In this document: piece by piece, positions 54,801 to 64,000 of the stretch
Layout of the letters: the number at the start of each line of letters is the position of its first letter
Numbering within the stretch: position 1 is the stretch's first letter
Assembly: GCA_963726175.1 (NCBI GenBank)
Contig: CAVSBM010000010.1
Location: forward strand, 107,155-171,154
From: an uncultured Chloroflexia bacterium
GTDB lineage: Bacteria > Chloroflexota > Dehalococcoidia > GIF9 > AB-539-J10
Reading direction: 5' to 3'
Length of the DNA stretch: 64,000 nt
The notes under the pieces: model-generated
Told to the model about the DNA's origin: nothing
Seen by the model: the letters and a program-made list of their open reading frames with translations, nothing else
The model's database searches: none
Program-made: the position numbers and the translations under genes

Positions 54801-55734
54801 ATGAGCTTCAATAGACCTGATATCATCCGACCTCCAAGTGAGTGGAAAAGCTACTTTCTTCCCTTAACCCGCGGCTGTTCCAACAATACCTGCACTTTCT
54901 GCGGATACTATGGCTCAAAGCTTCAAATACGAGACGTCGCTGACGTCAAGAGTGAAATAGATGCCCTGGCCTTATTCACTGGGAGCCGCATTCGACTTTC
55001 TAATGTACCCAAGGTAGTATATGCCATTGCTCAAGACTGGGATGGCAAGAGGATATTTCTCCAGGATGGCGATGCCCTTGTTTACCCCTTTCCTAAATTA
55101 CGCGAGGTCCTCCAGTACCTGAATGAGAAATTGCCCGGCCTGGAAAGGATTGGCACATACGCTACGCCACAGGATATCCTGCGCAGAAGCGTGGATGAAC
55201 TAAAGGAGTTGAGACAGCTAAAGTTGGGCATTTTTTACACAGGGCTTGAGACCGGTGATGACGAGCTGCTCCAGAAGATAGGTAAAGGGCGTGAGTTCAG
55301 AGCAGGTAATCGAGGCGGGAAAGAAAGTGAAGGAAGCCGGGATAAGCTTCTCTGTGACGATAATTTTAGGACTTGGCGGTATCGAAGGAAGCAAGAAGCA
55401 CGTCCTTGAAACGGCCAAGGTTCTCACTGAGATTGATCCCGATTATGTAGGAGCTTTAACCTTGACCCTCGTTCCCGGTACCCCACTTTATGACCAGTGG
55501 GAACGAGATGAATTCCATCCTCTGTCTCCTTTCCAGTCCCTGGAGGAGTTGAGGTTGATCATAGAGAACTCCAATTTCACTGATTGCTTCTTTAGCTCAA
55601 TGCATGCCTCAAACTATCTCTCTGTCCGGGGAAGACTGCCGCAGGACAGAGAGAGGATGCTTAGACAACTGGAGAAGGTTCTGGCAGCAAGAGACCCTTC
55701 CCTGCTCAGGCCTGAGTTTCTCAGGGGTCTATGA
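54801..55734 (+). CDS. Radical SAM protein (one +1 shift near 55288)
   Basis: IIRPPSE, GCSNNTCTFC, GLETGDD, SMHASNY. Confidence 0.9.
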
Positions 55735-55844
55735 CCCTGATAGCACCAACGATAGATTTGCTGGAAAGTCCAGCAAAGAGTGCGCGGCACTATGTTATTC
55801 CCATAAAATGGCTTTTTGTCACCCGACGACCCTGAGACAAAGGC

Positions 55845-58800
55845 TTACGCCTTCAGTATCTCTTTATGCCTCAATGCCCGCTCCAGCCAGGGCCGCATCT
55901 TCATGTCGCGGAACTCAGCGATGGCAAAATCAAGATGCTCCAGGGCCTCGGCTCGCTCCTTAGGGTAATGCTCCAACAGTAGCTCGGCAAGCTGGAGGCG
56001 TGTGAGGGCCAGCTCCGGACGGAACCTCATCTCGGTGCAGACCTTGATGGCTTCCTTGTAATGTTTACGGGCTTCTTCATATCTGCCCAGTAGAGCGGCT
56101 GCCCCGCCTAGATGGCGAGCCACACAGGTCAGATTTGACAACCCCGTTGTCTTGTACGCGGCACTCGCAAGCAGATTCAAGAGAATTTCGGCTGCTCGCG
56201 TATGCTTCGCCAGCACCGCCGTCTCTAGCAGGAGTACCAGGGTTCCGAAGTCGTGCCTGGTTTTCTCGGGCTCAGCGGCATAGTGGTCTGCCGCCTCGCC
56301 GAGTACATTTGCAGCCTCTTCCCTCTCTCCCCCACATACTAGATAGTAGGCCTTGGTATGCGGCTCCACAGAAAGGCCGACTGCTTGCGCCCATTCGTCC
56401 AAACGTCTCAGTTCTTCTCGACCCCAACCCAGATATCCACTTAAGCGAGGGCCAAAGAAGTCAGCTATGACTGCTGCGGTTTGTGCGGCACCCATCTCAG
56501 CACCAAGCCTTAGCACATCGTCGTGGCATTTTGCCGCTTCCTCAAGCTGCCCGTCCATGATGTGGTAGCAGGCACGCAGATATGGCAAATAATACCGACG
56601 CGCTGGCATTCCAGCGAACCGTGGAGACTCCATTTCCTCGCGATGGATTGCCTCGCCCTGTCTTCGTTCACCCAGCTGAAGGAAGAAAGAACCTACACAC
56701 TCCATTCCATAGGACCCAGAAAAGGGATCAGCTCTATCCCAGGCCAGTCTCATCTCACTTCCTATTTGGCGTGCCTCTTCGACACATTCAACAGTGGGCG
56801 GCAAAAACCACAAATAGTCTCCCCCGCAATTATTAAGCGCGCTGGCATCTCCCAGCTTACGTGCCAGAAGCGTACTTTCGCGGAATAGCAGCCACGCTCC
56901 AGCGTTATCGTGGGCTGCTACTTTCGTTCCTCCGAGAGCCTGGTTCGCCCAGGCACGCTCGATAGTGTTGGGGGAAGCATAACGATCGAATGCTTCGGTC
57001 CACCTCATCGCCTCGTCTGTACCGAAACCGGGGCCCAACCCTGCACCTGATATAGCGAATGTGGCAAGCAAACAAGCCTGGCAGGCACGCTGGGTATCTC
57101 CTACTCTTTCGGCTAACGCCAATGCCGCGGGCGCCTCGTTGTCCAGGAGGTGTCGGTACTCATGATTGTAGAAACGTGCCCAGCCAAGTGCCAGCAAAAG
57201 GTCACACCGCTTCAGCTTCTCCTCAGGGTCGAGGACTTCCTGTACCTTGAGCGCCTGTTCAAGCAATCTCACAGCTTCGCCATACGAGTAGACATCGGTG
57301 GCCCTTCTGGCTGCCATTTCTCCGTAGCTGACTGCTTTCTCTAAGTCAGCTCTATCCGATGAGTAAGAGAAGTGTTCGGCAAGCTCAGCCGCGTGCTGCT
57401 CCAGCCTGTTGTTGTATATCTCTTCCAACGCCCGCGCCACCTGCTGGTGCAGCCGTATTCGCCTGGGAGCAATCGTCTCCTCATAAAGCGTCTGGCGGAA
57501 GAAGGCATGCGCAAAGCGGTAGTTCACCTTCGCCCCTGCCCCCGTCCGCTCTTCAATTACCGCCGCCTTCCTGGCTTCCTCCAGTGCCCCGAAAAGCTCA
57601 TCATCACTCATGCCAGCCACCTTCTGTAGCACTTCCATCTGGAAATCCCGGCCGATTACCGCGGCTACAGAAAGCACCTTATTGCACGACTCACTCAGGC
57701 CGGAAAGACGTTTACCGATAACATCCCTCAAGCCATCGGGAATCCGCATCTCCACCGGCGTATCACTCTTGGCCCGCCACCGTCCTTCCTCCCTCTCAAT
57801 AATGCCTTCTTCGGCCAGATACCGTACCACCTCCTGCACAAAGAGAGGGTTGCCTTCCGTCTGGCGGTGCACTGCCTCGGCCAGCCCCCAGGGAACATCC
57901 TGCCCGGCAATACCGGACAGCATTCTCCTCACTTCGTCGGCATTCAGTCCCCGGAGCAGAACCCGGCCGAAGTGGGGCAGTCGCCTCAATTCAGCCAGGG
58001 CGGCGGAAAGAGGATGTGTTCTGTCAACTTCAATATCGCGGTAGGTGCCCACCAGCAGCAGTCTTTTGTCGCCCAGGTTGCGGGCCACATGCTCCAGCAT
58101 CTCTAATGTGCCCCCGTCGGCACTGTGCAGGTCTTCCAGTACTATTAGCATCGGCTGCGCTGCCGCGGCACTGCCCAGGAAGTCGCTGACCGCCTGCAAA
58201 AGCCGGTATCTCTCCTCTTCCGGGTCTCCCTTAGGCCTCGGCTGTATCCTCAGCCTCTCCCTGATCTCCGACACGATCCGGGCCACGTCCGACGCCCCGG
58301 GCCCCAGTTCTTTCCTCAATTGATTGACATCACAGGTCTGAGCATAAGCCCTTAACGCCTCCACAAAGGCCAGATAGGGCAGTGAGAGCGAGCCCTCTTC
58401 ATAGCAGTGGCCCACCAGCACCCGGCCGCCTCGCAGGGCAGCATAGGTGGCCAGCTGTTCACACAAGGCAGTCTTGCCGATGCCCGGCTCACCTACTACC
58501 ATGGTCAGTGAGCCCTGCCCCGATGTCGCAGCATCAAAGGCCGACTGGAGCTGGCGTAACTCCGCTTCCCTGCCTACGAATACCCGCCGGTAGAGGGGGT
58601 TCTCCGCCAGTGCCTTTGACTGTTCTGTGGAGAGCTCTTCGGCTTTCCCTGCTTCAATCGCTTCCAGCATCTCCAACACCTCGGTAGCTGAGGCAGGCCG
58701 TTTGTTTGGGTCCTTCTCCAGTAGCCTCATTATGACTGCCGCCAATGCCGGAGGCAGGTCGGGTCGGTGCCAGTTGGGCGACACCGGCGGCGTATTGATA

Positions 58801-59660
58801 TGCTGTCCGATAACCGCCACCACATCATCACCAGTGAAGGGCGGCCTCCCCGTCACCATCTCGTAGAGCATTGCCCCCAGTGAATAAAGGTCAGCCTTGG
58901 CCGTGATTTCACCGCCCATGGCCTGCTCCGGCGGCATGTAGTAATACGTGCCCACCATCATGCCCTCGTTCGTGAGACGGGACAGGTCTACCGCCAGTGC
59001 CAGGCCGAAATCGCCCACCTTGACCGTGCCATCGCCACTCAGCCACACATTGCCTGGCTTGACATCCCTGTGGATGATGCCTTTGGCGTGGGCATATTCC
59101 AGCCCCCGGCAGACGGCCTTAGCAATACCGACTGCCTGCTCGATGGGCAGGCAGCGTTCCGGGGCTTTCTCAATAAGACTCGCCACATCCCCCCCGGGCA
59201 TGAGAGGCAGAACAATATAGGGCTGGCCCTTTTCGTCACCCATATCGTATACGGTCATGATATTGGCATGGTCGCCAAGTCGGCCCATGACCTGGGCTTC
59301 CCGGCTGAAGCGCAGGCGAGTGGCGTCATCCAGTTTCTCGGTCTTTATCAGAGCAAAGGCCACATCCCGGTCCAGCACCTTATCATGAACAAGGTAGACT
59401 TTCTTCTTGCCCCCCTCACCGAGGAATTTCTTCACCTGGTAACGGCCACTGGCAAAGGAGGTCGGCATGGGAGCAGGTGCTGTCGGTAACGCCGAGGATG
59501 TTGGTGCCAGAGGCTGACCACATTTGTCACAGAATGCACTCTCAGGACTATTCGGATGCTGACAGTTTTTGCAGACAAGCTCAGCCTGAAGAAATTGACC
59601 GCATTTCTTGCAGTATTGAGCGTCGTCACGATTGTCAGCCCGACATTTCGGGCACTTCAT
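55845..59660 (-). CDS. Double Zn-ribbon, Ser/Thr kinase, STAND (AAA_16) NTPase, TPR-like protein
   Basis: Four CxxC; HRDVKPGN, DFG, YMPPE; FVGRE, GEPGIGKT, LEDLH, GNPLF; helical C-terminus. Confidence 0.93.
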   Translation of the reverse strand: MKCPKCRADNRDDAQYCKKCGQFLQAELVCKNCQHPNSPESAFCDKCGQPLAPTSSALPTAPAPMPTSFASGRYQVKKFLGEGGKKKVYLVHDKVLDRDVAFALIKTEKLDDATRLRFSREAQVMGRLGDHANIMTVYDMGDEKGQPYIVLPLMPGGDVASLIEKAPERCLPIEQAVGIAKAVCRGLEYAHAKGIIHRDVKPGNVWLSGDGTVKVGDFGLALAVDLSRLTNEGMMVGTYYYMPPEQAMGGEITAKADLYSLGAMLYEMVTGRPPFTGDDVVAVIGQHINTPPVSPNWHRPDLPPALAAVIMRLLEKDPNKRPASATEVLEMLEAIEAGKAEELSTEQSKALAENPLYRRVFVGREAELRQLQSAFDAATSGQGSLTMVVGEPGIGKTALCEQLATYAALRGGRVLVGHCYEEGSLSLPYLAFVEALRAYAQTCDVNQLRKELGPGASDVARIVSEIRERLRIQPRPKGDPEEERYRLLQAVSDFLGSAAAAQPMLIVLEDLHSADGGTLEMLEHVARNLGDKRLLLVGTYRDIEVDRTHPLSAALAELRRLPHFGRVLLRGLNADEVRRMLSGIAGQDVPWGLAEAVHRQTEGNPLFVQEVVRYLAEEGIIEREEGRWRAKSDTPVEMRIPDGLRDVIGKRLSGLSESCNKVLSVAAVIGRDFQMEVLQKVAGMSDDELFGALEEARKAAVIEERTGAGAKVNYRFAHAFFRQTLYEETIAPRRIRLHQQVARALEEIYNNRLEQHAAELAEHFSYSSDRADLEKAVSYGEMAARRATDVYSYGEAVRLLEQALKVQEVLDPEEKLKRCDLLLALGWARFYNHEYRHLLDNEAPAALALAERVGDTQRACQACLLATFAISGAGLGPGFGTDEAMRWTEAFDRYASPNTIERAWANQALGGTKVAAHDNAGAWLLFRESTLLARKLGDASALNNCGGDYLWFLPPTVECVEEARQIGSEMRLAWDRADPFSGSYGMECVGSFFLQLGERRQGEAIHREEMESPRFAGMPARRYYLPYLRACYHIMDGQLEEAAKCHDDVLRLGAEMGAAQTAAVIADFFGPRLSGYLGWGREELRRLDEWAQAVGLSVEPHTKAYYLVCGGEREEAANVLGEAADHYAAEPEKTRHDFGTLVLLLETAVLAKHTRAAEILLNLLASAAYKTTGLSNLTCVARHLGGAAALLGRYEEARKHYKEAIKVCTEMRFRPELALTRLQLAELLLEHYPKERAEALEHLDFAIAEFRDMKMRPWLERALRHKEILKA

Positions 59661-59685
59661 CAAGAATGCCCTCCTCGCAAACCGC

Positions 59686-59714
59686 AGTGTATGACCGCTA
59701 GGCAGGAATGTCAA
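59686..59714 (-). promoter_or_regulatory. Sigma70-type promoter of kinase-STAND gene
   Basis: TTGACA-17-TACACT then GAGGAGG SD. Confidence 0.7.
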
Positions 59715-59724
59715 CCCTTGCGGG

Positions 59725-59782
59725 ATTTAGCAAAATGGCTAATTGTTACATCCGCCTCATCAATCCCGAACACGTCCTTCTC
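59725..59782. repeat. 58-bp direct repeat, copy 1 (copy 2 at 61713-61770)
   Basis: 49/58 identical, gapless. Confidence 0.8.
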
Positions 59783-59832
59783 TTCCAGATTTGTCTTGCT
59801 AGGTTATCCCAGCTAATGCTTGGGGGAATGGG

Positions 59833-61585
59833 TCAGTCCTCCAGAGTAACGAACCTGTTGGAAAGTTCTGCAGCGGCTGGGAGCGACTGCATCCAGAACG
59901 CTTTGTTCTCAGGGTCTCCGGCACCGAACAAGTGGTCGTACTTTATTCTATCTTCACCAATTGGTAGGCGCTCGATAGCACGTACAGCCAGCTCATGCAG
60001 TTGGCGAGCATTCGATAAGCGTGAATTGAGCGCCACATAATACAGGCCAAGCTTTTCCACTGCCTTGATTTCTCGACCTATCTCCCGTCCTATCTGTCTG
60101 AACTGGCTAAGGGCTATAAGGACGCGATCGCCAAGGTTCATCTGCGGAATCTCATACTCGTTCCCGGCTGGAATACGGGTTAAGAGGTCAGTGCCTTTGG
60201 GCCGCGAAGCAATCTGCTTCTTCATATCAACCAAGCTGGAGCCAGAACTGCCTGCCAAAACGAAGACAAACTGTGCGCTTCTGTCAGCGCTGGCGTCCAA
60301 GTATGGCAAAAGCACTTCGTACGGCCAGGCTTCCTGAGATTTGGTATCGACCTCATCAATCAAGCAGAGGCATGGCTTACTCTCGGCATCGAGCTGACCA
60401 AGGCTCGCGAGGAATTCCTCGCGGTTACACTTCGCCAGGTTGCACTCCTGGTAACGAATAGGCTGAGGCAGTGAAGCTGCCACCTGTTGCACGAAATAGG
60501 TTTTGCCGCTCCCAGGTGCTGCCCAGACAAGGTGATTTTCTCGCTTTCGGCTCGGGCGGTCAAATCCAGATGCAATCTTGTGTCGGACGTCCTTCAATGT
60601 ATTGCGCACGGTTTCTTCATATCTGGTATAGTCACCGACAACACTATATCGCGATAGGACGACCCAATCCAGTGCTCCGATGAATGACCGTGCCTCGCAT
60701 GTCACAGGGTCATCCACAGCTACGGCAAGGTCAGGTGCCACTGGCTGCCTGGACTCTACTGCTTGACCACCAGTGACCGGGTCGCCAAGGAACTCAGCAA
60801 TGGCGCGCAGCACTGAATCGGAGTCGCCGAGCCAAGGAAGGTGGTCTCGTCCCTCCAGTGGCACGAAGCGGGCATTTGGAATTAAAGATGCCAGTTCTCT
60901 ACCCAATCGGAAGGGTATGAGCCCGCTCTTGCTGACGATGGAGCACCAGTGTCGGAACCCGGAGACTGGGAAGGAGCTGCACCACATTAGCTTTATACAC
61001 GAGGTCTAGTATTTTGGCAGCTATCTCCGGGGTGGCACACTCACGCTGGTACTTTGCCCATAATTTACTGGCAGCGGCATCGGCACCAGGTGCAAAAATA
61101 TCAGCCAGCGCCTTTGAACCCACTCCCCAGTGAGCGCGGACTAGGGAAATTAAAGAGGCCTTGAACTCCTCCGTGGTGATTGCTTCACCGCGGGCAAAGG
61201 TACCATAGAGGATCAGGTGGCTGACCCGCCGGGTATACTTGGCGGCATAGGTTATAGCAACAGGACCACCTTCAGAGTAACTCATTAGTGCCAGGCGTTT
61301 CAGTTTGAGATGGTCAATAACTGTTTCCAGATCTCGAAGTTCCGAATCCCATGAAAAGTCTGTCCGGTTCCGGTCGGAGAGACCCGTGCCGGGCCGGTCG
61401 TATTGCACCAAGGTGTGATAATGCGCTAAGCTTTCCCAAAAACGGCGGTATACCGGTTCTTGCCAACCCAACTCTTGATGACTTATCCACGCTGGCGGCA
61501 CAACCAAGGCAGGCCCCTGACCCACAATAGAATAAGCGAGACGCAAACTATCCGTGGCGGTGCAAAACCGAATCTGCTGCTCCAT
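59833..61585 (-). CDS. Alpha/beta-hydrolase fused to AAA+ ATPase (one +1 shift near 60920)
   Basis: YDRPGTGLSD, SYSEGG, PTLVLH, GRDH; then APGSGKT, LIDEVD, DLLTRI, NARQL. Confidence 0.82.
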
Positions 61586-61712
61586 GACCCAACCCTTGTC
61601 CTCGAATTCCCCAAATCTGCCAGTAAATCCATGTTAAGCCCTTGCAACCCAGCTGTCAAGCTCACTACACACCTCAGGTTCGTCGAATGAACTGAACACT
61701 GTGGCCTGCAAC

Positions 61713-61770
61713 ATTTAACAAATTGGCTAGATGCTACATTCGCCTCATCAATCCCAAACACATCCTTTTC
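61713..61770. repeat. 58-bp direct repeat, copy 2
   Basis: Matches 59725-59782. Confidence 0.8.
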
Positions 61771-61864
61771 ACACACAGTCGAGGCAGTCATCATGAACTT
61801 CCGAGGCACTTCGCTGTGTTCCCATCAGCGGTCATTCTACAAGAGCGACTGGGATGTGTTACTC

Positions 61865-62528
61865 TTATCCCCCATCGGCAGCTTTACCCCTACCATAAGC
61901 TGCCGCAAACTTCATGCGATGGTATGGAGATAGGAGAACAGCGCCTGGATTATTGCCGGTGACCATGTCTTTAGCTACAACATAGGTGACAGGAGCCTTT
62001 GAACGCATGATGAAAATAGTGTCATGTCCGACGCATAGACCATATATGAAGTTCAGCTCCGTACCTTCTCGGTTCATAATCTCCGCTTGGGCTATGGGAT
62101 TACAGCTTATGCCTAGTGGGTTTACCCATTCGTCAGGTATTCCCTGTCTCCTGAGGTTTCAGACCACCTACCATACAGGCTATAGAGATAACCTGAAAAC
62201 CGGCTCTATCCAGAAAGCGGGCAAATTCTCTACCCTCACGAATTAAACCCACACATACAGCTAATCCCACCTTTTTGACACCCAGTTCCCTGGCGAACTC
62301 GATGCACTGTTGGACTCGAGACCAATCATAGCCCCCTCTTTTGAGCACTTTGGCTGCAGCTAAATGGAACTTGCCAGCGTCTGGTTCAAGGTATTGCCGT
62401 TTACTTTCTTCGATTACTTCCGGGAATTTTTGCGCCTGGCAATACTCAGGGATTCCCTGCGGATACCGCGTCAAACACTCGTTGTTTTTGCATTGATGAC
62501 ACTGGATTGTTTTAGCTTTTTCGGCCAT
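61865..62528 (-). CDS. DUF1847 family Cys-rich protein (one +1 shift near 62142)
   Basis: RV...IEFA...G.KKVGLA.C.GL..E, CNPIAQA, GLCVGHD.IF, P.T....KD. Confidence 0.88.
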
Positions 62529-62764
62529 TTTCTCTCCTTTCCAGATAAATCTCTGCGCACGATACAGTTGCTTAACTGTATGAACAGGTTACTTAGAAAC
62601 CTCAACCACCCCATTCACTGCCGAGGCTGATTCTATACTTCAGTTCTGGCCAATGTCAATTCAGCGCCAGAACGCGGTTGATGATTGGCCTAGGTGTTCA
62701 GTCACCGAGTCGCCCTGACTACGCTTGAATTGCGGGAAATGTAGTATAATCCCTACAACATACC

Positions 62765-63796
62765 ATGCCACAAATAAGAGCGGCCGTAATAAATGTCACC
62801 GGTTACATTGGTGCCGAACTGGCTCGCTTACTTTCCCAACATCCCCAAGTAAAGCTCGTTACTGTCACCGGGAGAAGCGCAGCCGGGCAAAGACTAGCCG
62901 ATGTTTTCCCCAGCTTCGCGGGAACTGACTACACAATAAAAGACGAGCTTGACAGTGAAGTTGACGTTGCTTTCTCGGCAATGCCTCACAAAGGCAGTGT
63001 AGAAGTGGTACCAGCTTTGCTAAGACAAGGTATCAGGGTTGTTGATACGAGTGCTGATTTCAGATTGAGGAACGGAGATGAATACACTAAATGGTATGAC
63101 TTTACTCATCCCTCGCCCAAGTTACTGAAAGAGGCAGTCTTCGGCTTACCCGAGCTACATCAGAACGAAATTGCCTCGGCCTCACTGGTGGCGAACCCGG
63201 GCTGCTATAGCACCGGTGCTATCTTAGCCCTGGCACCCATAGTCAAAGAAGGGCTTATTTGTCCCGATATAGTGGTGGATAGCAAATCGGGCGTCTCGGG
63301 CGCCGGCAGAACCTTGAGCTTGACCACTCATTATTCCGAGGTCAACGAGGACATCTGTGCTTACTCCCTCGAAGGGCATCGCCATCTACCCGAGATAGAA
63401 CAAGAATTGAAAGCACTGGATCCGGCCATGTCTCCGTCGATAACCTTCATCCCTCATCTGGTGCCTGCGACCAGAGGCATACTGAGCACCTGCTATACCA
63501 AATTGGCTGACAGTCGTCGATTGACGGCTAGCCGCTTGATCCAGATATACCGGGACTTCTACAAGCATGCTCCCTTTGTTAAGATAACGACCCAGCCTCC
63601 CCACACCAAGCATGTCCGGGGGACCAACTTCTGCCTTATTTATCCCGCTATTGATTCAAGGACAAGAAGGCTCATAGTCATTAGCTGCATTGACAACCTC
63701 GTCAAGGGAGGGGCCGGGCAAGCAGTCCAGAATATGAATCTGATGTTTGACCTGCCTGAGACCACAGGGTTGGAAGCCCTGGCGATTTATCCTTGA
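62765..63796 (+). CDS. argC: N-acetyl-gamma-glutamyl-phosphate reductase
   Basis: TGYIGAEL.RLL..HP, ANPGCY, SGVSGAGR, HRH.PE, IDNLVKG.AGQAVQN. Confidence 0.97.
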   Translation: MPQIRAAVINVTGYIGAELARLLSQHPQVKLVTVTGRSAAGQRLADVFPSFAGTDYTIKDELDSEVDVAFSAMPHKGSVEVVPALLRQGIRVVDTSADFRLRNGDEYTKWYDFTHPSPKLLKEAVFGLPELHQNEIASASLVANPGCYSTGAILALAPIVKEGLICPDIVVDSKSGVSGAGRTLSLTTHYSEVNEDICAYSLEGHRHLPEIEQELKALDPAMSPSITFIPHLVPATRGILSTCYTKLADSRRLTASRLIQIYRDFYKHAPFVKITTQPPHTKHVRGTNFCLIYPAIDSRTRRLIVISCIDNLVKGGAGQAVQNMNLMFDLPETTGLEALAIYP

Positions 63797-64000
63797 AACC
63801 CACAGGCTAGTTTCTCCTCCTGAACCACTTCGGTTATGAGCCCTATTTTGGCTGCTTCTGTCCCGCTGATTCCTCGTCATTGAACAGCACATACACCCCC
63901 CATTCTTACAGCATCACAACTATAAGAACCATTACTAAAGGACTATTTACAGTAGCTAACATCGATGGTACACTGAAATTAGGCATGGATTCAGTCAAGC

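Noticed and set aside
7721-62528. Programmed frameshifting or mass pseudogenisation (metG, tyrS, serA, giant protein, DUF1015, GLUG, PlsA-like, radical SAM, hydrolase-ATPase, DUF1847)
   Set aside because: Nearly all are single-base insertions, often in short homopolymers, they hit essential genes, share no slippery motif, and cluster in the tyrS tail; best explained by long-read error
63656-63892. Small MCCS-starting ORF antisense to the argC 3' end
   Set aside because: Extensive overlap with argC and no recognisable motif

Overview
Bacterial chromosomal window, most likely Dehalococcoidia (Chloroflexota); this is inferred from gene order and protein families, not from a search. Core blocks are rnpA-rpmH-rpsR-ssb-rpsF, thiL-tsaE-tsaB-(hotdog/HAD)-ndk, rsfS, ftsH, metG, rsmI, guaB-like, aroH-aroF-ribF-tyrS-aminotransferase-serA, yqeY-rpsU and argC. 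Accessory blocks are interleaved: (i) a decayed island next to tRNA-Thr(CGT), about 13.2-27.7 kb, with an integrase remnant, a degenerate tRNA fragment, transport and secreted proteins, and an XRE-controlled TIGR04076/DUF6125/PaaG-like operon; (ii) a ~2,050-aa membrane-anchored surface protein with seven near-identical 543-bp tandem repeats, next to a DUF433/DUF5615 toxin-antitoxin pair and a truncated paralogue sharing its leader; (iii) a lipid-related block with an OleA-like thiolase, decayed FabF, ACP, and a START-type protein coupled to a ~1,410-aa PlsA/Ger-like activase-reductase; (iv) a signalling pair made of an alpha/beta-hydrolase-AAA+ fusion and a Zn-ribbon-kinase-STAND-TPR protein. 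About a dozen frameshifts, nearly all single-base insertions and several in essential genes (metG, tyrS), indicate uncorrected long-read errors, so most split genes are called as single CDS. Family names come from motif recognition by eye.
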